Origin: Macrostomum lignano
Lineage: Eukaryota
Direction: 5' to 3'
Length of the DNA stretch: 45,609 bases
Assembly: GCA_002269645.1 (NCBI GenBank)
Contig: NIVC01004448.1
Span: forward strand, 1-45,609
In this document: positions 23,101 through 35,100 of the stretch, one piece after another
Layout: the number at the start of each line of letters is the position of its first letter
Position numbering within the stretch: position 1 is the first letter of the stretch
The notes under the pieces: model-generated
Seen by the model: the letters and a program-made list of their open reading frames with translations, nothing else
The model's database searches: none
Told to the model about the DNA's origin: nothing
Position numbers and translations under genes: made by a program

Positions 23101-26100
23101 TCCTCAGTCATCATTTTGTCATCCTCAGTCATCAGTTTGTCATCCTCAGTCATCAGTTTGTCATCCTCAGTCATCAGTTTGTCATCCTCAGTCATCAGTT
23201 TGTCATCCTCAGTCATCAGTTTGTCATCCTCAGTCATCAGTTTGTCAAACTCACTCATCATCATTTTGTCATCCTCAGTGATCAGTTTGTCATCCTCAGT
23301 CATCAGTTTGTCATCCTCAGTCATCAGTTTGTCATCCTCAGTCATCAGTTTGTCATCCTCAGTCATCAGTTTGTCATCCTCAGTCATCAGTTTGTCATCC
23401 TCAGTCATCAGTTTGTCATCCTCAGTCATCAGTTTGTCATCCTCAGTCATCATTGTCTCAACACTCGAACCTCTAACCAGGCCATCGGCGCCCGAGTTCA
23501 GATAAAACTGCAGCCCCAGCGCACCACAGAGGTGCTCCTCCTGTTGGTGAACACCGCGTGCACTCGCCAGGTTTTGGCGAACATCGCGCCGAACGCGGCA
23601 GAGTAGCCGAGCGCCAGACAGTAGGCGATGGAGCCGCACTGGGCGACCCGGCTGCTTCCATCCGAGGAACTCAGCGACATCAGAATGCAGCTGGCGTAGC
23701 CGAGCACGCAGCCCAGCGCGATGCACAGGTTCACGTTTGGCGAGCTCATTTTGATCAGCTTGACGTGGCGATAGTGGAGGCTCACACAGACGGAGGCGGC
23801 GGTCTTCAGCAGCTGCACCTTCACCGCCGAGTCCACTGGGGGCAAATTGCCTGCAATCATTTTCAGACAAAACTCGTCTTAACAGGAATGTGGAGCTGAG
23901 GGGGGGGGGGTTTGGAATTGAGGGGAATGTGGAATTGAGGGGAATTTGGGATTGAGGGGAATTTGGAATTGAGGGGAATTTTGGATTGAGGGGAATTTGG
24001 AATTGAGGGGAATTTGGGATTGAGGGGAATTTGGGATTGAGTGGAATTTGGAATTGAGGGGAATGTGGAATTGAGGGGAATGTGGGGTTAAGGGGAATGT
24101 GGAATTGAGGGGAATGTGGGGTTAAGGGGAATGTGGAATTGAGGGGAATGTAGAGTTGAGGGGAATGTAGAGTTGAGGGGAATGTGGAGTTGAAGGGGAA
24201 TGTGGAGTTGAGGGGAATGTGGAGTAGAAGGGGAATGTCGAGTTGAGGGGAATGTAGAGTTGAGGGGAATGTAGAGTAGAAGGGGAATGTAGAGTTGAGG
24301 GAAATGTAGAGTAGAGGGGAATGTAGAGTTGAGGGGAATGTAGAGTAGAGGGGAATGTAGAGTTGAGGGGAATGTAGAGTAGAAGGGTAATGTAGAGTTG
24401 AGGGGAATGTAGAGTAGAAGGGGAATGTCGAGTTGAGGGGAATGTGGAGTTGAGGGGAATGTAGAGTAGAAGGGGAATGTCGAGTTGAGGGGAATGTAGA
24501 GTTGAAGGGGAATGTGGAGTTGAGGGGAATGTAGAGTAGAAGGGGAATGTGGAGTTGAGGGGGAATGTGGAGTTGAGGGGAATGTAGAGTAGAAGGGGAA
24601 TGTGGAGTTGAGGGGGAATGTGGAGTTGAGGGGAATGTGGAGTTGAGGGGAATGTAGAGTAGAAGGGGAATGTCGAGTTGAGGGGAATGTGGAGTTGAGG
24701 GGAATGTAGAGTAGAAGGGGAATGTCGAGTTGAGGGGAATGTAGAGTAGAAGGGTAATGTCGAGTTGAGGGGAATGTGGAGTTGAGGGGAATGTGGAGTT
24801 GAAGGGGAATGTGGAGTTGAGGGGAATGTGGAGTTGAAGGGGAATGTGGAGTTGAGGGGAATGTCAAGAAGGAACGATTTGGAGAATTAGAAAAGATACC
24901 AGTAGCTAGGGCCTACGCTCGTACTAGGGTACCTGCGGGACGGGGCGGATGGGGCGGATGAGGGCAGCAACACCTGTGCTTTTTCATAGCGGAGAAGATA
25001 TCCCACGTGGGCGGTCAGTGGGAGACCCGTGGGCGGTCCGTGGGAGGCCCGTGGGTGGCCCGCAGTCGGAGTTCCTTCGATTCGGAGCGTCACCTGCCTA
25101 ACAGATGCTGGCAGCTGCTGGCTTGTTTGGATAAATTGAACCTGCATCTGCTTATGGCAAGTGATTTTCTTGAATAATATTTCTATCTAGCTGACAGGTG
25201 TCTGCTTCACCTTGGAACTGTAGTCCTCTGTTCCACACAGACTCGAGCCGGTCCGAACAAAAACTGCCTACTCGAACCGGTTTGTTGCCTGTTTAAAAGT
25301 TGCATAAATTTGTTTTAATATAGCGGATTATTTGAAAACATACAACGATCGCATTGATTGTCTCACCTATCAGCTGGTAGATTTTCACCAGACCGATTCT
25401 ATCACCGTTTTTGTCAAACATCACGGGACCCTGCGTTAGAATTGGTGGTTGGTGCGTACAACCACCTAATTGGGCCAGATGTGCAACCGACAGATCAGCC
25501 GCAGCACCTGAGGGCCACTCACACCCTCAGTTACCCCAAGCTAATGCTGGCACCCATTTTACAGTAGCTGGATGAACTGAAGCAATGCAGAGTTAAGTGT
25601 CTTGCTCAAGGACAAATTTTTTTCAAGTGGGATCGGGAATCGAACCCCAGACCTTTCAGTCGTGAGTCCGACGCTCTAGCCACTAGGCTATAGCCCCACC
25701 ACTAGGCTGTAGAACCCCAATACAATATATATTGCGCTCAAGTGCGCAGGCAAAACTGCAGCAATTTTGTTCGCGGCTTCAACCTCAACTCCGTTAAATT
25801 TCTGGCCTCGAATATTTCGCAGCAGCAGCGATTGGAAAGCGGAGTTGCCAAGCGGTACCGCGGGATCATAGTCCACGGACGGCAGGGTGTCATTTATTGC
25901 CAGTGCCGCCGTGCTCAGGGTGTCGAACATTCTCTCCAGAGTCTTCGGGGTGTCATTGCGGCCCGGATGAGCCGACAGAAATATGTCAGTGAGATCCGCC
26001 TTGGCCTGGAATTCGAGTTCGAGAGACAGCCAAGTTACTGGCTGCTGCTGCTACGATGGAAACTGTTGCTGCTGCTATGGAAACTGCTGCTGCTGCTGCT

Positions 26101-29100
26101 ATGGAAACTGCTGCTGCTATGGAAACTGCCGCTACTATGGAAACTGCTGCTGCTATGGGAACTGCTGCTGCTGCTGCTATGGAAACTGCTGCTGCTACTA
26201 TGGAAACTGCTGCTGCTGCTATGGAAACTGCTGCTGCTGCTATGGAAACTGCTGCCGCTACTATGGAAACTGCTGCCGCTACTATGGAAACTGCTGCTGC
26301 TGCTATGGAAACTGCTGCTGCTGCTATGGAAACTGCTGCTACTATGGAAACTGCTGCTGCTGCTATGGAAACTGCTGCTGCTGCTATGGAAACTGCTGCT
26401 GCTACTATGGAAACTATCAGTGCCTAACAATTAGAAAGTCAAAGGGCCGATGTACACCCTGCATGAGCGCGTGTACGAGTGCGCGCCTGCGTACAGTATG
26501 AGCGCTCGGGAGTCAGCGAAATTGGCAAAATTGCCGTCAGCGCTCACTAGGCCTGTTAGACTCTCCGGAGGCTGGTAATCTTCATCATCGATTTCGTCCC
26601 TAAAAATGATGGCTCCTTCCGTTGCCCTGATCTGGCTGACGAGCGGGCAATGCTCTCTAGCCGGCACACCTGCGACAAGCGTCAGCCACGAGATTCCGTT
26701 GAAAATCCATTGGTACTTGGCGCCATGCAGCTGGAACTCGTGGATCTGCGAGTTATTATGTTCTAGCATAAGATATTTTTCATTTTTTCCCTGGATGACT
26801 TCTTGACAGAATTATTTACAGAGTCAGGATGCATGAAAATAAGCTCAGGCAATTTAATAAGCAATTTGCGTCATTTTCTTGACACCCAACTGTCTCCCCT
26901 GACACCCAACTGTCTTTCCTGACACTCAACTGCCTCCCCTGACACCCAACTGTCTTTCCTGACACTCAACTGCCTCCCCTGACACCCAACTGCCTCCCCT
27001 GACACCCAACTGTCTCCCCTGACACCCAACTGTCTCCCCTGACACCCAACTGCCTCCCCTGACACCCAACTGTCTTCCCTGACACCCAACTGCCTTTCCT
27101 GACACTCAACTGCCTCCCCTGACACCCAACTGCCTTCCCTGACACCCAACTAACTCCCCTGACACCCAACTGCCTTTCCTGACACCCAACTGCCTTTCCT
27201 GACACCCAACTGTCTCCCCTGACACCCAACTGCCTTCCCTGACACCCAACTGCCTTTCCTGACACCCAACTATCTCCCCTGACACCCAACTGCCTCCCCT
27301 GACACCCAACTGTCTTCCCTGACACCCAACTGCCTTTCCTGACACTCAACTGCCTTCCCTGACACCCAACTGCCTTCCCTGACACCCAACTAACTCCCCT
27401 GACACCCAACTGCCTTTCCTGACACCCAACTGCCTTTCCTGACACCCAACTGTCTCCCCTGACACCCAACTGAGACCCAACTGTCTCCCCTGACACCCAA
27501 CTGTCTCCCCTGACACCCAACTATCTCCCCTGACACCCAACTATCTCCCCTGACACCTAACTGTCTCCTCTGACACCCAACTGTCTCCCCTGACACCCAA
27601 CTGAGACCCAACTGTCTCCCCTGACACCCAACTGTCTCCCCTGCCACCCAACTATCTCCCCTGACACCCAACTAACTCCCCTGACACTCAACTGCCTTTC
27701 CTGACACCCAACTGCCTTTCCTGACACCCAACTGTCTCCCCTGACACCCAACTGCCTTTCCTGACACCCAACTGCCTTTCCTGACACCCAACTGTCTCCC
27801 CTGACACCCAACTGTCTCCCCTGACACCCAACTATCTCCCCTGACACCCAACTATCTCCCCTGACACCTAACTGTCTCCTCTGACACCCAACTGTCTCCC
27901 CTGACACCCAACTGAGACCCAACTGTCTCCCCTGACACCCAACTGTCTCCCCTGACACCCAACTGTCTCCCCTGACACCCAACTATCTCCCCTGACACCC
28001 AACTATCTCCTCTGACACCCAACTATCTCCCCTGACACCCAACTGTCTCCCCTGACACCCAACTATCTCCCCTGACACCTAACTGTCTCCTCTGACACCA
28101 AACTGTCTCCCCTGACACCCAACTGAGACCCAACTGTCTCCCCTGACACCCAACTGTCTCCCCTGACACCCAACTGTCTCCCCTGACACCCAACTGTCTC
28201 CCCTGACACCCAACTATCTCCCCTGACACCCAACTATCTCCCCTGACACCCAACTGTCTCCCCTGACACCCAACTGTCTCCCCTGACACCCAACTGTCTC
28301 CCCTGACACCCAACTGTCTCCCCTGACACCCAACTGTCTCCCCTGACACCCAACTGTCTCCCCTGACACCCAACTGTCTCCCCTGACACCCAACTGCCTT
28401 TCCCTGACACCCAACTGCCTTCCCTGACACCCAACTGTCTTCCCTGACACCCAACTGCCTTCCCTGACACCCTGCCTTCTCCTTTTCTCTCTCTGAATTG
28501 AGCTGTCGGGGGCGCATATCACAAATTGAGGCCAAACGGTAAAGCGCAACGGAATCGAACCCGAGAGCTTTGGTTTTATACATTTACATAAAGCACCATC
28601 GCACGCACTACTTACCAGACACGGCAGCCACTCGCTCTCGATTGCCGCATGGTTGAAAACCACGAAAATTCTGATATCTTGTGACTGTTGATGTTTAATG
28701 GGGGGAATTCATGCTTGCAGAAACTTATGAATATACTGCATCGTTTGTTAGGGCTTCCAGCGTTTCTGGTCGGCTTTCGTTTAAGCAGGGTCATCGGTTA
28801 ATTTGGGAGTGCGTTGAGCTCTGTCCTCTCCCCTGGCTAGCCCCCTTGCCCCCCCTGGCTAGCCCCCTTGCCCCCTGGCTAGCCCCCTTGCCCCCTGGCT
28901 AGCCCCCTTGCCCCCTGGCTAGCCCCCCTTGCCCCCTGGCTAGCCCCCTTGCCCCCTGGCTAGCCCCCTTGCCCCCTAGCTAGCCCCCTTGCCCCCTGGC
29001 TAGCCCCCTTGCCCCCTGGCTAGCCCCTTGCCCCTGGCTAGCCCCCTTGCCCCCTGGCTAGCCCCCTTGCCCCCTGGCTAGCCCCCTTGCCCCCTAGCTA

Positions 29101-32100
29101 GCCCCCTTGCCCCTGGCTAGCCCCCTTGCCCCTGGCTACCCCCCTTGCCCCCTGGCTAGCCCCCTTAACGCGGATATAGTCTTTTGGATGTGTATAATGC
29201 CTGCGATCAGGTTGCAAAGACCCATAGAAGTTACCTCTAGTAACGGTAACTTCTAGTGGTCCTTGTCAGGTTGGCGAGTTGCATGCGTCAGCGATACGAG
29301 TATTAAACGCGGGTGACTCCTTAAAGTCTTGTACAGCTAGAATTCCATGCTATACAAATACACGACCAAGATCGTACGAGTATTTCTTTAAATTCGAACT
29401 GAACTAGCTGTCTTTTTTTATTAGAGGCAGGGGGTTGTGTGCACCCTGGCGCACTTTAAGCGTCATTGGCACACAACCGGCGAGAGGCATTTCTGCCCAT
29501 TCCGCCGACTCCCCTGAGCAGGCATACAAGCGCGCGGATACGTTACGCAGGCACACACTCACACAGGAGTGTACAGCGGCCCTAACTTTATATTATCGTT
29601 AGGCATGTACACTTCACTGCGCCTGGGGGGGGGTTGGCTCTCAAGGCCGTTAATTGCACAAGCGAGCCAAGCCGAGATTCCAATTCAGCCCCAAATTAAT
29701 GTGGCTGCACTTGGAATCGAGCCTGGGTCGCGGCACACCAGAGCAGCTGCGCTACCACTGGGCTACGGCCCCCCTGAACTAGCTGTCACAACACTAAGTA
29801 GTATTGAAGAACTAAACAAAATCGATAGAAACCAGGACCTGCCTTCATCTTGACTAGCGCCTCCCTAGCCGAGCTCTTGTAGATTGCTTTGTAGGCAACG
29901 GTGACGTTCAACCTGTGAGCATGCCTGAGCAGGACTGACTCGAAGTGCACGCTTAGCTGGAGTTGTAAAATGGAATATTGTCATGACTGCTGGTTCATTT
30001 TGAGTGCATCCGGGAATGTAGCTTTGTGTCAGGAAAGGCAGTTGGGTGTCAGGGAAGGCAGTTGGGTGTCAAGGGAGGCAGTTGGGTGCCAGGGAAGGCA
30101 GTTGGGTGTCCTCTAAGGCGGGTTGGGTGCCAGGAAAGGCAGTTGGGTGTCAAGGAAGGCAGTTGAGTGCCAGGGAAGGCAGTTGGGTGTCAGCTAAGGC
30201 GGATTGGGTGTCAGGGAAGGCAGTTGGGTGTCAGGGAAGGCAGTTGGGTGCCAGGAAAGGAAGTTGGGTGTCAGAGGAGGCAGTTGGGTGTCCTCTAAGG
30301 CGGGTTGGGTGCCAGGAAAGGCAGTTGGGTGTCAAGGAAGGCAGTTGAGTGCCAAGGAAGGCAGTTGGGTGTCAGCTAAGGCGGATTGGGTGTCAGGGAA
30401 GGCAGTTGGGTGTCAGGGAAGGCAGTTGGGTGCCAGGAAAGGAAGTTGGGTGTCAGAGGAGGCAGTTGGGTGTCCTCTAAGGCGGGTTGGGTGCCAGGGA
30501 AGGCAGTTGGGTGTCAGGGAAGGCAGTTGGGTGTCAGGGAAGGCAGTTGGGTGTCAGGGAAGGCAGTTGGGTGTCAGCTAAGGCGGGTTGGGTGTCAGGG
30601 AAGGCAGTTGGGTGTCAGAGGAGGCAGTTGGGTGTCCTCTAAGGCGGGTTGGGTGCCAGGAAAGGCAGTTGGGTGTCAAGGAAGGCAGTTGAGTGCCAGG
30701 GAAGGCAGTTGGGTGTCAGGGAAGGCAGTTGGGTGTCAGCTAAGGCGGGTTGGGTGTCAGGGAAGGCAGTTGGGTGTCAGAGGAGGCAGTTGGGTGTCCT
30801 CTAAGGCGGGTTGGGTGCCAGGAAAGGCAGTTGGGTGTCAAGGAAGGCAGTTGAGTGCCAGGGAAGGCAGTTGGGTATCAGCTAAGGCGGATTGGGTGTC
30901 AGGGAAGGCAGTTGGGTGTCAGGGAAGGCAGTTGGGTATCAGCTAAGGCGGATTGGGTGTCAGGGAAGGCAGTTGGGTGTCAGGGAAGGCAGTTGGGTAT
31001 CAGCTAAGGCGGATTGGGTGTCAGGGAAGGCAGTTGGGTGTCAGGGAAGGCAGTTGGGTATCAGCTAAGGCGGATTGGGTGTCAGGGAAGGCAGTTGGGT
31101 GTCAGGGAAGGCAGTTGGGTGTCAGGGAAGGCAGTTGGGTGCCAGGAAAGGCAGTTGGGTGTCAAGGAAGGCAGTTGAGTGCCAGGGAAGGCAGTTGGGT
31201 ATCAGCTAAGGCGGATTGGGTGTCAGGGAAGGCAGTTGGGTGTCAGGGAAGGCAGTTGGGTATCAGCTAAGGCGGATTGGGTGTCAGGGAAGGCAGTTGG
31301 GTGTCAGGGAAGGCAGTTGGGTATCAGCTAAGGCGGATTGGGTGTCAGGGAAGGCAGTTGGGTGTCAGGGAAGGCAGTTGGGTATCAGCTAAGGCGGATT
31401 GGGTGTCAGGGAAGGCAGTTGGGTGCCAGGGAAGGCAGTTGGGTATCAGCTAAGGCGGATTGGGTGTCAGGGAAGGCAGTTGGGTGTCAGGGAAGGCAGT
31501 TGGGTATCAGCTAAGGCGGATTGGGTGTCAGGGAAGGCAGTTGGGTGTCAGGGAAGGCAGTTGGGTATCAGCTAAGGCGGATTGGGTGTCAGGGAAGGCA
31601 GTTGGGTGTCAGGGAAGGCAGTTGGGTATCAGCTAAGGCGGATTGGGTGTCAGGGAAGGCAGTTGGGTGTCAGGGAAGGCAGTTGGGTGTCAGGGAAGGC
31701 AGTTGGGTGCCAGGAAAGGCAGTTGGGTGTCAAGGAAGGCAGTTGAGTGCCAGGGAAGGCAGTTGGGTATCAGCTAAGGCGGATTGGGTGTCAGGGAAGG
31801 CAGTTGGGTGTCAGGGAAGGCAGTTGGGTATCAGCTAAGGCGGATTGGGTGTCAGGGAAGGCAGTTGGGTGTCAGGGAAGGCAGTTGGGTATCAGCTAAG
31901 GCGGATTGGGTGTCAGGGAAGGCAGTTGGGTGTCAGGGAAGGCAGTTGGGTATCAGCTAAGGCGGATTGGGTGTCAGGGAAGGCAGTTGGGTGCCAGGGA
32001 AGGCAGTTGGGTATCAGCTAAGGCGGATTGGGTGTCAGGGAAGGCAGTTGGGTGTCAGGGAAGGCAGTTGGGTATCAGCTAAGGCGGATTGGGTGTCAGG

Positions 32101-35100
32101 GAAGGCAGTTGGGTGTCAGGGAAGGCAGTTGGGTATCAGCTAAGGCGGATTGGGTGTCAGGGAAGGCAGTTGGGTGTCAGGGAAGGCAGTTGGGTGTCAG
32201 GGAAGGCAGTTGGGTGCCAGGAAAGGCAGTTGGGTGTCAAGGAAGGCAGTTGAGTGCCAGGGAAGGCAGTTGGGTATCAGCTAAGGCGAATTGGGTGTCA
32301 GGGAAGGCAGTTGGGTGTCAGGGAAGGCAGTTGGGTATCAGCTAAGGCGGATTGGGTGTCAGGGAAGGCAGTTGGGTGTCAGGGAAGGCAGTTGGGTATC
32401 AGCTAAGGCGGATTGGGTGTCAGGGAAGGCAGTTGGGTGCCAGGGAAGGCAGTTGGGTATCAGCTAAGGCGGATTGGGTGTCAGGGAAGGCAGTTGGGTG
32501 TCAGGGAAGGCAGTTGGGTATCAGCTAAGGCGGATTGGGTGTCAGGGAAGGCAGTTGGGTGCCAGGAAAGGCATGAAGAGTTCGCTTTAGCACACTAGAG
32601 AGAGAGGGAAAGAGAGAGAGAGAAAGAGAAGAGAGAGAGAAATTAATCTAGTGTCTAAACGCACGAACTCCCACTTCCAGACCTCAAGCCTGGGAACAAA
32701 GTTCAGTGTTCACTTACTGATGCGGGCTCCTCTTCTTTGTCGGGCAGGTTCTCCGAGCTCGTCTCTTCAAATATTCTTCCTCCGGAGTAGTCTTCTTGAA
32801 TTATAGAATCGGCCGAATATGAGAGCTTAATAACTTAGTCCGTCGACGTCAGTATATTCCTCGAGTGCAGAAATCGATATATTCCTCGAGTGCAGAAATC
32901 AATATATTCCTCGAGTGCAGAGATGCGCCCTAATAACAAAGTCAACTCTATAACAATAACGAGGTCCTCCGAAAGGGCGTCTTCTTCTAGAAATAACGGA
33001 ATCGGAGTCGTTTGCTCCTATCGGTTACTCTAGGGTACCAAAATCAATCAGTCAGTAATCGACTAAGAGTATCGGAATCGGTCCGCAGATCCTATCCAAT
33101 CCCTTAGGAATAGGGAGGCCTCAAATTCAATAACTCAATAAATCGACTTATCAGTAACGGCCGGCAATGACACAGCTCTCAATAATCGAACAACAGACTT
33201 CAAATAACAAAGACTCGAACAAAGGCTTACCAATTGGTGTTTGTCTCTCTCAGAGATATAGCCTTGCTTAGTAACTCTGGCTAAGCCTAAGATCTCTTAA
33301 GGCTGCTCCGAGTCTGAGGTTTCAGCTCGGATTTTCGCTTGTATTTATACACGATTTCATTCGACCTTGAGCTTCAAACTGGTTTTATTGATAAGAATCA
33401 AAAGATGGACTTTGTCTCTTGACCGGTGGGGTTTTACATAGGAAAGGGGTGAAGCCTAGATCGCATTTAACTTGACCTTTACCATATTTGGAAATTTAGG
33501 TTGAAAACCGGTTTTTTGGACTATGTAACAATCACTCGCTGTTTACGTGATATTACTGAAAATAGAGTATGACGCATGTTAGTTTTAAATGGTATTCATG
33601 TTTTTATCTTGCTACTTTTAGTAGGCTACTATGCTTGGAGATCTCTACAGGCAGTTGGGTGTCAGGGAAGGCAGTTGAGTGCCAGGGAAGGCAGTTGGGT
33701 GTCAGGGAAGGCAGTTGGGTGTCAGCTAAGGCGGGTTGGGTGTCAGGGAAGGCAGTTGAGTGCCAGGGAAGGCAGTTGGGTGTCAGGGAAGGCAGTTGGG
33801 TGTCAGCTAAGGCGGGTTGGGTGTCAGGGAAGGCAGTTGGGTGTCAGCTAAGGAGGTTGGGTGCCAGGGAAGGCAGTTGGGTGCCAGGAAAGGCAGTTGG
33901 GTGTCAGGGAAGGCAGTTGGGTGTCAGCTAAGGCGGGTTTGGTGCCAGGGAAGGCAGTTGGGTGTCAGGGAAGGCAGTTGGGTGTCAGGGAAGGCAGTTG
34001 GGTGTCAGGGAAGGCAGTTGGGTGTCAGCTAAGGCGGGTTGGGTGTCAGGGAAGGCTCAGACGCAGGAACCAGAGCTTACTGAATACGCAGGTTCTTTGT
34101 CCAAAGCCAGAATTCCAACTCGGCGCCAGCTGTATCGCTTGAGAACCTCCAAGATGGCCTTGTTGAACTCTGCCTGTGTGAGCTGCAGCCTGCTGTAGCT
34201 GCCGTGGACAGCCTTGTTGGACAGGCTGGGAGACGAGTTCCCAAATGCCAGCTGAAATTGTTTATTCATTTTTTCAAGTATTTAGTGCCCATATTGACGC
34301 CCGTTCTTGAATGCCATTTAGTGACACCTGACTGTCTTTTAGCTGACACCATCCAACACTTAAAACCGACACTCTAAGCCACATTCCCTAATATGATCAA
34401 CAGCTGTTCCTAAAGAGCCAGAATTCACTGTGTGCAGAATTCACTGTGTGCAGCATTCTGTGCTCAGCATTCATTGTGCTCAGCCCCAGCTCACCATGGG
34501 CACACGGTACAGGCTGGCAACAGCTGAGACCTCCTCAGACTGACGCGAGTTGCTCATTCCGACTATCAATGCTTTCGCTGGCTGGCTGAAGTACCCTTCA
34601 ATGAATGCTTTGGTCGCTACAAGTCTGTAATATTGATAATACACAAAAGATGTAAAAATAGTTTTAAAAAATCAAGTTTCAAAATTTTTAATGTTTGCCG
34701 TACCAGGGAGGTCATGACCTGGGGCGTCACCATGGATTTTATGGTGGGGGACAAAGCCCAGAATACTACGTGTACATGACTGCTATTTCTATATGTACAT
34801 TATTTTCAGAATCTGTGTTGTCAGCACTCCTTTTAGCGCCCGCAGGAACTCATTTTAGCGCCCGCAGGAACTCATTTTAGCGCCCGCAGGAACTCATTTT
34901 AGCGCCCGCAGGAACTCCTTTTAGCGCCCGCAGGAACTCATTTTAGCGCCCGCAGGCACTCCTTTTAGCGCCGCAGGCACTCATTTTAGCGCCACAGGCA
35001 CTCATTTTAGCGTCGAAGGCACTCATTTTAGCGCCGCAGGCACTCATTTTAGCGCCACAGGCACTCATTTTAGCGCCACAGGCACTCATTTTAGCGTCGC

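Noticed and set aside
22140-23606. 488-aa and 376-aa ORFs (HQFVILS / MTEDDKL)
   Set aside because: The 21-bp unit stays open in several frames by chance and lies in a GPCR intron.
24887-25147. GC-rich 86-aa ORF as an extra GPCR exon or the missing TM1
   Set aside because: Exons 10 and 11 already join in phase (QFQG|GNLPPVD). The segment is not hydrophobic, and phase-compatible acceptors here run into stops.
25621-25697. tRNA gene
   Set aside because: It has A and B boxes, but the acceptor stem does not close and it continues into a SINE body. The same applies to 29700-29773.
25983-26501. Cys-rich (CCYGN), METAAA and poly-Ser ORFs as metallothionein- or antifreeze-like genes
   Set aside because: All are frames of one (GCT)n intronic repeat.
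28540-28570. GGGTTCGATTCC on minus as tRNA/SINE
   Set aside because: An isolated B-box-like 11-mer with no A box, tail or TSD.
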